Origin: Eubacteriales bacterium
GTDB lineage: Bacteria; Bacillota; Clostridia; Oscillospirales; CAG-382
Direction of reading: 5' to 3'
NCBI GenBank assembly: GCA_045604705.1
Contig: JAZUOO010000030.1
Span: 28,373 to 92,372, forward strand
Length of the DNA: 64,000 nt
Below the pieces are notes generated by a model that was not told where the DNA came from, did no database searches, and saw nothing but the letters and a program-made list of their open reading frames with translations. Numbering within the stretch: the first letter of the stretch is position 1; every line of letters starts with the position of its first letter. The translations under genes and the position numbers were made by a program. Below are positions 30,761 to 38,463 of this stretch, in pieces.

Positions 30761-32167
30761 TTAGTCTTGGATTTCTTCCGTTTTTTCCTCAGCTTCTTCT
30801 GCGTTTTCTTCAGCTTCATTTGCCATCTTGGATGCAAGCGCCTGAGCGAACGCTGCACCAAAAGAGGTGGCCGCTTCAGTTCTGCCTGCCGCAAGGTCTT
30901 CGAGAGCTGCTCTTCTTGCGTCTGCTGCACTCTTGATGTCTATCTTGTAGCCTGTTAGTCTTGCAACGAGTCTTGCGTTCTGTCCCTTTTTACCGATGGC
31001 AAGGGAGAGCTGATCGTCATCAACAAGCACCGTACAAGCCTTGGAGCCGTCCTCCGCGAGTTTTACGGATACTATCTGTGCAGGTGCGAGAGCCGCCTTG
31101 ATGAATTCCTCCGGATCTTCGCTGTACTTGACAATGTCAATCTTTTCGCCCGCAAGCTCCTTTGTGATATTATTCTTACGCATTCCCCTGGCACCGATAC
31201 ATGAGCCTATTGCATCTACATTTTCGTCTCTTGAGTAAACGGCTATCTTTGTTCTTGAACCTGCTTCACGAGCAACCGAGCTTATAATGACCGTACCGTC
31301 CTGTATCTCAGGTACCTCAAGCTCAAACAATCTCTTGACAAAGCCTGCGTGAGTTCTTGAAAGCACAACTGCAGGACCTCTGCCCTCGGTTTCCTTTTTG
31401 ACTTCAAGTACATATACCTTGATAATGTCACCCTCGTGAAACTCTTCGCCGGGAATCTGTTCTTTCTTGAAAAGTACAACGGCGTTTTTGCCGATTTCAA
31501 GTGTAACGTCTCCGTTCATGGGGTTAATTCTGGAAACTACTGCCGTTACTATTTCTTCCTTCTTGCTTTCGTATTCCTTGATCATCATTCCGCGTTCCGC
31601 TTCCTTTATCGCCTGAACGATAACCTGCTTTGCTGCGTGTGCGGAAATTCTGCCGAAGTTCTTGGGCTTTATTTCTATTTCGTAAACGTCACCCACCTTG
31701 TATCTCTTGCTCTTTTTCTGTGCTTCTTCAACCGTTATATGGAGATTGGGATTGAATCTGAAGCCGTACCTTTCCTTCTTTTTCTCTATCTTTTTGGAAA
31801 GAGCCTTGTTGAATACAAATCCGTCGTCCTCAGCCTCTTCCTCTTCTTCCTCGATTTCTTCTCCGGCTTCTTCGTTCTCCGCTTCCTGGGCCGCAAGCTC
31901 TGCTGCAAGTGCTGCTCTTTCGGCTTCGCGTCTTTCGTATTCTTCCTGTGCCTTGCGTTCCTCTTCTTCTATGTTGATTACCGCAAGCTGCTGGTAGACC
32001 TTGACGTCCATTTTAGCTTCATCAAGAACCACTTTAACGTTTGTTGCTCCGGTCTCCTTTCTGAATGCTGCCTGAAGAGCCGCTTCAACCTTTTCTTTCA
32101 TGTACTCCTTCGGAATACCCTTCTGACGTTCAAGCAAATCAAGTGCCTTGAAAAACTCTTTGTTCAT
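30761..32167 (-). CDS. nusA: transcription termination/antitermination factor NusA (with acidic insertion in the N-terminal domain)
   Basis: NTD (FFKALDLLERQKGIPKEYM), S1 (VGDVYEIEIKP.NFGRISAHAAKQV), KH1/KH2 (GSRTKIAV...GSCIGARGMR; GKKGQNARL). About 75 aa of extra E/A-rich sequence lies between the NTD helices and S1. Confidence 0.95.
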   Translation of the reverse strand: MNKEFFKALDLLERQKGIPKEYMKEKVEAALQAAFRKETGATNVKVVLDEAKMDVKVYQQLAVINIEEEERKAQEEYERREAERAALAAELAAQEAENEEAGEEIEEEEEEAEDDGFVFNKALSKKIEKKKERYGFRFNPNLHITVEEAQKKSKRYKVGDVYEIEIKPKNFGRISAHAAKQVIVQAIKEAERGMMIKEYESKKEEIVTAVVSRINPMNGDVTLEIGKNAVVLFKKEQIPGEEFHEGDIIKVYVLEVKKETEGRGPAVVLSRTHAGFVKRLFELEVPEIQDGTVIISSVAREAGSRTKIAVYSRDENVDAIGSCIGARGMRKNNITKELAGEKIDIVKYSEDPEEFIKAALAPAQIVSVKLAEDGSKACTVLVDDDQLSLAIGKKGQNARLVARLTGYKIDIKSAADARRAALEDLAAGRTEAATSFGAAFAQALASKMANEAEENAEEAEEKTEEIQD

Positions 32168-32199
32168 TTTTCTTTCTGTCCCTCCGAATTTATTTAAAG

Positions 32200-32688
32200 T
32201 TAATATTCAACCGTGTTTTTCATAACCGCGATTTTTGAAAGTTCAATGCAGGTCTCATTTTCACCCTCAAGAACGGTTACGGTTTTGTTTTCTTCGTCAA
32301 ATGCTTTGAGAATGCCCTCGAAATTCTTTCTTCCGTCCATCGGAGCATAAAGCTTAACGCTCACAGCGCTTCCGATATAGGCTCTGATGTGCTCCGGCTT
32401 TGAAAGTTCTCTCTCGAGCCCCGCTGAGGAAACCTCGAGATAGTAGCCCTCATCGATGGGGTCTGCTTTATCAATTATCGGGTTTACCGCATCGTTGACC
32501 ATTTCGCAGTCCTCAAGGCTTACTCCGCCCTCCTTATCGATGCTGATAACAAGAGACAGGTCGACCCCCTCCTTGACAAGCTCGACGTCCCACAGGGTAC
32601 AGCCACATTCTTCAACAGCCTCGCGAATAAGCTCGGAAACCTTTTCTGCAATGTTCTTTGCCTTTTTTGCCGAATTTTCCTTTGCCAT
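32200..32688 (-). CDS. rimP: ribosome maturation factor RimP
   Basis: Starts MAKENSAKKAKNIAEKVSELIREAVEECGCTLWDVELVKEG, and ...YYLEVSSAGLERELSKPEHI is the RimP core. The 50-codon upstream extension of the track ORF is leader sequence. Confidence 0.85.
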   Translation of the reverse strand: MAKENSAKKAKNIAEKVSELIREAVEECGCTLWDVELVKEGVDLSLVISIDKEGGVSLEDCEMVNDAVNPIIDKADPIDEGYYLEVSSAGLERELSKPEHIRAYIGSAVSVKLYAPMDGRKNFEGILKAFDEENKTVTVLEGENETCIELSKIAVMKNTVEY

Positions 32689-32848
32689 GGTTATGACCAT
32701 TCCTTTCATGATATTGGAAGTTTGTGCGTTTTTGCAAATACAAAATAGCTGTCGTAAGACAGACAAGTCACAAGCTTCTATGGCTGAAAATTTATTTTCA
32801 GCCTTTTCCTTTCCGACAACGTGTCTTTTTTTCTGCACGTGTCTTTAT

Positions 32849-32888
32849 CACAACAAAAAGGAAACGACCTGATTCAGTCGCTTCCTTT
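32849..32888 (-). terminator. terminator-shaped hairpin in the rimP-nusA leader (candidate attenuator)
   Basis: Minus-strand RNA: AAAGGAAGCGAC-8 nt loop-GUCGUUUCCUUU, a 12-bp stem with one G-U, then UUGUUGUG. On the plus strand the same position is an A-C mismatch, so the helix is better on the sense strand. Confidence 0.55.
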
Positions 32889-32911
32889 CCGCAAGAATAT
32901 TTACAATTCAT

Positions 32912-32939
32912 ATTATACCATCATTTCATAAAAATGCAA
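32912..32939 (-). promoter_or_regulatory. promoter of the rimP-nusA-infB operon
   Basis: The minus strand reads TTGCAT-16 nt-(TGG)TATAAT, an extended -10. Confidence 0.65.
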
Positions 32940-32987
32940 TAGTAAATTGTGAAAAAAATAAATTTTATCGTTTTGCACAAACTTTCG

Positions 32988-33803
32988 TTATATTTCAATC
33001 TCCATTCCGTCAAAGCTGACAGTGATTACCAGGTCTTTTGTCAACTTCACAAGCTCATCGTGGGTATTTTCACAAAAATGAGAGAAGTGGTTTGCGACAA
33101 GTACCGTATTCTCATGTGTAGCACCTATATTTCCAAGTCTTGCGTAAATCTCAAGATTTGACCGGATATTCATGTGGTGATCACAGCTGTCCTTTTTCTT
33201 TGCACCGTAGGTACAGTCAAGAGAAACAAGATCAAACACAATACCGCTGTTTTTTATAAATTCAAAGATTTCGTCTTTATATACTCCCGTATCATGACCG
33301 TACAGAAGCGTTTTTCCGTCCCCTGATATTATATAGTTAAAAGGAGTTGTCAGTGACGAATGCACTGCGGGTATCGGGATAATCTTATATCCGCAGGTTT
33401 CAAATTCCTCGTAGGCTTTCAAAAGATGAAGATTGATTTTATCCGGCACAATTCCCGTCAACTTTTCAACAACGCTCGCACCGCCGTATACATCAAGCTT
33501 TTCACCGATGCTTCTCTTTGCCATTCCGGGACCGATACAAGCAAAAACATCCGTGTTGAAGTGGTCAAAATGAGAGTGTGTGATGAGCACAGATTTGATT
33601 TTTGTAAGATCAAGTCCATAATTTACAACATGGAGATATGTGTCAGGACAGGCATCGATAAGAAGAGCTCCGTCTATTACACTTTGGGAACGGGTACGGA
33701 TATTCTTACCGCCCGCTTCTCTTGCTCTCATGCAGGTATCGCATTCGCAGAACATACCCGGAAATCCCTCGGCTGCGGCCGTACCGTAGTATTTCAGTTT
33801 CAC
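32988..33803 (-). CDS. MBL-fold metallo-hydrolase
   Basis: GTG start after GGAGGTG. ITHSHFDHF (HxHxDH) and downstream H/D ligands. Confidence 0.8.
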   Translation of the reverse strand: MKLKYYGTAAAEGFPGMFCECDTCMRAREAGGKNIRTRSQSVIDGALLIDACPDTYLHVVNYGLDLTKIKSVLITHSHFDHFNTDVFACIGPGMAKRSIGEKLDVYGGASVVEKLTGIVPDKINLHLLKAYEEFETCGYKIIPIPAVHSSLTTPFNYIISGDGKTLLYGHDTGVYKDEIFEFIKNSGIVFDLVSLDCTYGAKKKDSCDHHMNIRSNLEIYARLGNIGATHENTVLVANHFSHFCENTHDELVKLTKDLVITVSFDGMEIEI

Positions 33804-33834
33804 TTCGCACCTCCGTATTTACAGTATGAATAAA

Positions 33835-33863
33835 ATTATATTCCGAGCGTCGAATTTTGTCAA
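33835..33863 (-). promoter_or_regulatory. consensus sigma-A promoter for the MBL-fold hydrolase gene
   Basis: The minus strand reads TTGACA-17 nt-TATAAT, about 30 nt upstream of the GTG start. Confidence 0.7.
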
Positions 33864-33960
33864 GATACGATGAATGTTCAGACGATGGTTGTGAAAGATA
33901 TTGCACTTTTGCAGAAATATTGTATATCTGATTTGTTTTCGAAATATTCATGTATTTCTG

Positions 33961-33989
33961 TTGAATTATCTGTCGAAAGTTACTATAAT
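33961..33989 (+). promoter_or_regulatory. sigma-A type promoter for the riboswitch-thiT unit
   Basis: TTGAAT-17 nt-TATAAT. Confidence 0.6.
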
Positions 33990-34051
33990 GAACACGATAA
34001 ATGTTTATCATGCTTTTCTGTGAGTCGACGCACGGAGCAAACACCGCATAC

Positions 34052-34148
34052 TTAATATTCAGGGGTGCTGGGAGATCCCGGCTGAGACGGAAGTTTTTCC
34101 GAACCCTTTTAACCTGTTCGGATAATACCGGCGTAGGAAGAATTATTA
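34052..34148 (+). ncRNA. TPP (THI-box) riboswitch
   Basis: CAGGGGTGCTGGGAGATCCCGGCTGAGA...ACCCTTTTAACCTGTTCGGATAATACCGGCGTAGGAAG carries the conserved GGGGUGC / CUGAGA / ACCC..AACCUG..GGAUAAUACC.GCG.AGG elements. It lies upstream of a ThiT-like gene and is followed by a terminator. Confidence 0.9.
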
Positions 34149-34169
34149 TGTAAGAGATATGTAATTTTT

Positions 34170-34207
34170 ACCGCACCGATATTAAGCAGTGCGGTTTTTA
34201 TTTTTAC
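34170..34207 (+). terminator. intrinsic terminator acting as the riboswitch expression platform
   Basis: ACCGCAC-12 nt loop-GTGCGGT followed by TTTTTATTTTT, 22 nt before the ThiT start. Confidence 0.75.
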
Positions 34208-34228
34208 ATATTGAAAGGTGTTTATTTT

Positions 34229-34786
34229 ATGGAAAACAAAAAATTATTAAAAAAGAGATTGTATATTCTTGTTGAATGTGCAATTATGGTTTCACTTGCA
34301 TTTGTACTGAGTCTTATAAAGATATGGGAAATGCCCTTCGGAGGCTCAATAACGCTGCTTTCAATGCTGCCGATATGCATGGTATCACTGCGACGCGGAA
34401 TAAAATGGGGACTTGGTGCTGCGTTTGTTTATTCCTGCACTCAGGCTCTTGTTTCGGGTGCTGTCGGCTGGGGACTTTCCGTGGGAGTTCTTATTGTGTG
34501 CTTCCTGTTTGACTACATTATAGCATTCACAGCTCTGGGTCTCGCAGGGATTTTCGGAAACAATGGTTTTAAACGTCAGATCTCCGGTATTGTACTTGCC
34601 TGTGTTTTAAGATTTATATGTCACTATATTTCCGGGGTTACAATCTGGGGATCATCTGCGCTTGATTACGGATTTTCAAACCCCTATCTCTACTCACTTT
34701 TATACAACGGAGCATATATGCTTCCCGAAACGGTATTCACCTGCATAGGTGCGGTACTGCTTCTGCGGAAATTCAAAAAAGATTAA
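34229..34786 (+). CDS. thiT: thiamine transporter ThiT-like (ECF S-component type) membrane protein
   Basis: Sits directly behind a TPP riboswitch. About 185 aa with 6 hydrophobic helices. ATG 34229 follows GAAAGGTG; the track start at TTG 34211 is less likely. Confidence 0.65.
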   Translation: MENKKLLKKRLYILVECAIMVSLAFVLSLIKIWEMPFGGSITLLSMLPICMVSLRRGIKWGLGAAFVYSCTQALVSGAVGWGLSVGVLIVCFLFDYIIAFTALGLAGIFGNNGFKRQISGIVLACVLRFICHYISGVTIWGSSALDYGFSNPYLYSLLYNGAYMLPETVFTCIGAVLLLRKFKKD

Positions 34787-34796
34787 TAAAAAGCAA

Positions 34797-34832
34797 GCTG
34801 TGCATCACAAAATCCGGTGCACAGCCTTTTTT
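34797..34832. terminator. bidirectional terminator between thiT and the convergent Cys-rich ORF
   Basis: GCTGTGCA-13 nt-TGCACAGC with a T-run on the plus side (CTTTTTT) and on the minus side (TTGCTTTTTATT). Confidence 0.7.
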
Positions 34833-35013
34833 ACATATTTCCGTATTTATTGTTTCTGCATCCGCCGAATCTTTTTTCGCACTCGGCTCTTGACAGGCAT
34901 TCATATACAACGTCCTTACCGCAGTCGGTTCTGATAATTGCCGCATTGGCATCAATTATGTTACAGTACCGTTCTATTATTTCACGATATTTATGTTTTG
35001 TTTCCTTATCCAT
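34831..35013 (-). CDS. small cysteine-rich hypothetical protein (60 aa)
   Basis: Strong GGAGGTG RBS 5 nt upstream of ATG 35013. MDKETKHKYREIIERYCNIIDANAAIIRTDCGKDVVYECLSRAECEKRFGGCRNNKYGNM has 5 Cys. The stop abuts a bidirectional terminator. Confidence 0.5.
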   Translation of the reverse strand: MDKETKHKYREIIERYCNIIDANAAIIRTDCGKDVVYECLSRAECEKRFGGCRNNKYGNM

Positions 35014-35190
35014 AGGCACACCTCCGCAATGTATTCTGATATATTCTATGCGGATAGCAGTGAAAGTATACCTGATTTTTTCAGTATCGGAGCATAGTTT
35101 CACGCCGTGGTTCAAAGTTTTACAAAGCCGCTGACCGGGAAACAATCGAAACAGTATAGTATGTGCTGTCTTTTGCGAATTTTGTCGCTT

Positions 35191-37407
35191 TTATTCTTCA
35201 TCCATCACAACAACCTTACATTTTTCGCCGAGAATTCTTGCTTCTCTGTCGTGACAGCTGAGAATTATTATCTGATATTCCTCCGAGAGAGTACACAGGA
35301 CATTGAGGATGTTTGTGAGTCTGGTGTCATCTATCTTCGCAAAGGAATCATCAAATATCAACGTAGGTTTGTTTTTACACAAATATTCCATCAGTGCGAC
35401 TCTCAAAGCAATATATGCGGCATCATAGGTTCCTGAGCTTAAAAATCCCGCTTTTCTTGTTTCGGAATCATTTTCCTCCAGCACTTTTACAGCAAAATCC
35501 TTGTCAAAGAAAAGACTTCTGTACTTTCCGCCGGTAAAGTTTGAGAACAGCTCTCCCGCCCTTTCGGATATTTGCGGGAATACATCGCCTCTTATGCTTT
35601 CACCCGACTTTTCAAGAAGCTCTATTGCGAGATCCAGCGCCTCGGTATTGATCTTTGCCTCATCAAGCTCCGTCTGAAGCTCATATATTTCGTTTTCAAT
35701 ATCCGCAGGATCCGTCACAATCGCACTGAGTCTTGCAATTTCCGTTTTGTAATCGGCGAGTTTTTTTGAAAGCAGTGTCTTTGCGCCCTCATCGTATTTT
35801 ATGGCTCTGTCAACTTCCTCTTTAGGACGTGTCGGAGGCTCTTCGCTCTTTTTTTCCGCAAGCATACGAAGCTGCATCACATCGCTTACGGATATAAGGG
35901 CTTCATATGCATTTTTGTTTTTGGAATACTCTCCAAAGGCTCTTTCAAGCTCTGCCACATCGGCACTAAGCGCCGGGATAAGTTCTTCGCGCACCTGCGA
36001 AATAATGCCCTTGTCCTCTTCGGTAACGTTACATCCTATCCTAAGCAGCTTTTCACAAAGATACTCCAGACTACTCTCGCTCTCTATTCTCTTTTCTTCC
36101 GTAATCTTTCTCATTCTGCCGATTTCGGCACGCATTTCGCCAAGAGAGGGATATATATCATTGTATTCCTTGCAAAAGCTCCTGAGGTGTGTCATATCTT
36201 CAAAGCCGTATTTTGAAAGAAGCTCCGAAAGCTCCTTTTTCTTTTTTGACAAGAGCATAAACAGTATCACGGATACCGGCATGGTGACAACAAGGCAGAA
36301 AAACAATATTGCAAGTTTTTTTAGTTTTTTTGCTTTTGAGTGCAGCTCTTGTGCTTCTTCCATCACTTGCAAAGTAAGGGTACTGTCGCTGTCTATGCTT
36401 CCGTCAAAACTGTTACCCTCATGAATTTTTTCCACTGTCGCGTTATACTTTAAGACAAGCTCCGAGAGCTCCTTTTGTGCCGCTTTGTATTCCGGCTCTG
36501 CAACAACGCAGTCCGAATGAGCCTTTGTCAACTCGTCAAGGTATTTTCTGTCCGGAATAAAACCGTTCCTTGTGCATCTTTGTGCCGTTTCAGAATATAT
36601 CTTCTCCGATTCTCTGAATCTGTTTTCAGCATATTCAATTTTCTCCAGAAGTTCAGATGCCTTGTATGCTTCGATATTCTGTGCTTCAAGATACAGTTTT
36701 TCAAGCCTTTCACAGGTAAGCTCAAGACTCTTTTCCGTTTCAGAGGCGGCAAATTCCGATACATTCAGAAGCTTATTGTTCTCCGACTCGGTAATTCTTT
36801 TTTCACGCAGTGTTATTAGCTTTTCCTCAAGCTCAAATATTCTTCCGGTTCCGCGAAGCTTATTGTACAGCTTGTTTCTTTCATTTGTCAGCGTCTTTGA
36901 AGCTTTGACAAAATCCGTTTCATCGTTGCCGCTTTTAAAAAGAAGCTTCTCAAGACTTGTACCCAGCTCCTTCATATCGTCCGGTTCAATATCATCCTGC
37001 CCCACAAAGGAGCTTTTTGCAAATGCCGATGAATCTATTCCGTAAAAAACATTTCCCGCATCAAAGCCCTCATAGCATTCAGCACCGCCGGAATTAAATA
37101 TCTTGCTTTTTGAGGTTTTTCCGTCAGATTTCCTCTCTACTCTGTAAAGGTTGTGCTCGGCATCCTCAAGAATAAGAGCACCCGCACATTTAAGCCCGTT
37201 CCAAGGTGTATATCTCAGTTTCTCGTTGTTTCTCTCATCTCTCGAACCCTTTCCGGAAAAGCCGTAAAGGACATATTTGATAAATGCGCAAAGGGTACTT
37301 TTCCCGGACTCGTTTTTCCCGCGTATGACCGTAATTCCGTCACTCGGACTCACTGTTTTATCGCTGAGCTTTCCGAAGCTTTTTATTTCACAGGATTTAA
37401 TTTTCAT
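35191..37407 (-). CDS. SMC/SbcC-like AAA ATPase with central transmembrane segment (YhaN-like)
   Basis: Walker A GKNESGKST, long heptad-rich coiled-coil arms, one hydrophobic segment LAILFFCLVVTMPVSVILFMLL mid-protein, ABC signature-like FLSSGTYDAAYIALRVAL, Walker B/D-loop PTLIFDDSFAKIDD. Confidence 0.7.
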   Translation of the reverse strand: MKIKSCEIKSFGKLSDKTVSPSDGITVIRGKNESGKSTLCAFIKYVLYGFSGKGSRDERNNEKLRYTPWNGLKCAGALILEDAEHNLYRVERKSDGKTSKSKIFNSGGAECYEGFDAGNVFYGIDSSAFAKSSFVGQDDIEPDDMKELGTSLEKLLFKSGNDETDFVKASKTLTNERNKLYNKLRGTGRIFELEEKLITLREKRITESENNKLLNVSEFAASETEKSLELTCERLEKLYLEAQNIEAYKASELLEKIEYAENRFRESEKIYSETAQRCTRNGFIPDRKYLDELTKAHSDCVVAEPEYKAAQKELSELVLKYNATVEKIHEGNSFDGSIDSDSTLTLQVMEEAQELHSKAKKLKKLAILFFCLVVTMPVSVILFMLLSKKKKELSELLSKYGFEDMTHLRSFCKEYNDIYPSLGEMRAEIGRMRKITEEKRIESESSLEYLCEKLLRIGCNVTEEDKGIISQVREELIPALSADVAELERAFGEYSKNKNAYEALISVSDVMQLRMLAEKKSEEPPTRPKEEVDRAIKYDEGAKTLLSKKLADYKTEIARLSAIVTDPADIENEIYELQTELDEAKINTEALDLAIELLEKSGESIRGDVFPQISERAGELFSNFTGGKYRSLFFDKDFAVKVLEENDSETRKAGFLSSGTYDAAYIALRVALMEYLCKNKPTLIFDDSFAKIDDTRLTNILNVLCTLSEEYQIIILSCHDREARILGEKCKVVVMDEE

Positions 37408-37454
37408 ATGTAATCCATATCCTCAATTTCCGAAAATAATTTCTTGTTTCCATC

Positions 37455-38432
37455 TCAGCTGTTTTCAAAAAAGTCGTCAAGGTCAAGCCCGGACTTATTG
37501 TCGGGGTTTCGGGCTCCTGCCGTTGGAATTGCCTCATCAAAGCTTGATAGGTCAACGCTTTTTCCTTTGCCGGACATGGCAGCTCCCTTTTCCACGTCAG
37601 CTGCGGTACAATACCCGTTCTCGTGCCAGCGCTGAAGAAGCTTTGACATATAGGGTACAGATGGCTTTGATATGCTTGCAATGGTTTTTTCATAGGCAAG
37701 TGTCACAAGCTCGGGAGTGCTTCCGTATTCGCCGAACCATTTTGAGATGTGCGACTTTTCAGCTGTTGTAAAATTCCTCTCGCCTATTCCCATTATACTG
37801 CGTACAACGCCCTCATCGCTCTTGGCTTTTTTCTTCTTTTCAAAGTATTCTTCAAGGGCTGCATAGTTATCTATTCCCTCGTCGTATACGGAAAGGGCGG
37901 TCTTTTCCACATAACGCATTGATTTTTTGTCTATATCCACGCAGTAATCTATGACTCGCATTATCATGGGAGGTGTCATTAGGATATAGTCCTCGAGATA
38001 TACAAGCTTTGCTACATCAGAAGGAGAAAAGACTCTCTCAAGACGTTCCTGTGCAAAATCGAGAAGTGATGACAACTCCGGTTTTTTCTCAAGTATCGCA
38101 GCTATCTCCTGGCCTGTGTATGTTCTTGTATCCGTATCTCTTACGGATGGGGAAAGCTTTGAAGCATCGCCGGATTTTTTTACTTCAGGTTGTTTTGCAT
38201 TCGTTTTTCCACCTGCATTCAAAAGTCCCATACCTCTCCAGAAAGACACTGCCGAAATGACCTCCTGCTCATCCATCCCCAGAGCGTATGCAACTTCGGA
38301 GCTTTCAATGCAGTCCTCCCTTGAAAGAGCATAGACAAGAACTCTCAGCTCTCCGGAATCGCCGTTTTGCATACTTACGACATAATCCGCCAGTCTTTCC
38401 GGCAAAGATACGTCTTTTTTACTGATCTTCAT
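37455..38432 (-). CDS. DnaD-domain replication initiation / membrane attachment-type protein (two DnaD/DnaB_2 C-terminal repeats)
   Basis: N-terminal wHTH-like region, then two repeats of the DnaD-type module (...FSPSDVAKLVYLEDYILMTPPMIMRVIDYCV..KKSMRYVEKTALSVYDEGI and ...FTTAEKSHISKWFGEYGSTPELVTLAYEKTI....PSVPYMSKLLQRWHENG). Confidence 0.65.
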   Translation of the reverse strand: MKISKKDVSLPERLADYVVSMQNGDSGELRVLVYALSREDCIESSEVAYALGMDEQEVISAVSFWRGMGLLNAGGKTNAKQPEVKKSGDASKLSPSVRDTDTRTYTGQEIAAILEKKPELSSLLDFAQERLERVFSPSDVAKLVYLEDYILMTPPMIMRVIDYCVDIDKKSMRYVEKTALSVYDEGIDNYAALEEYFEKKKKAKSDEGVVRSIMGIGERNFTTAEKSHISKWFGEYGSTPELVTLAYEKTIASISKPSVPYMSKLLQRWHENGYCTAADVEKGAAMSGKGKSVDLSSFDEAIPTAGARNPDNKSGLDLDDFFENS

Positions 38433-38463
38433 TAAACTTTCCTTTCAAATTCCCGATATAAGC

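Noticed and set aside
32689-32838. N-terminal 50-codon extension of the rimP ORF; similar upstream extensions of the nagA, PHP, ruvC, rqcH, infB and YycH-like ORFs in the track
   Set aside because: The extensions lack RBSs and family-typical N-termini. Internal ATGs with AGGAGG-type sites match the conserved protein starts.
34831-35145. Full 104-aa version of the Cys-rich ORF, and the idea that the 60-aa product is a RiPP precursor
   Set aside because: Only the internal ATG 35013 has an RBS (GGAGGTG). No radical-SAM, cyclase, protease or exporter genes are adjacent, so a RiPP cluster cannot be supported.
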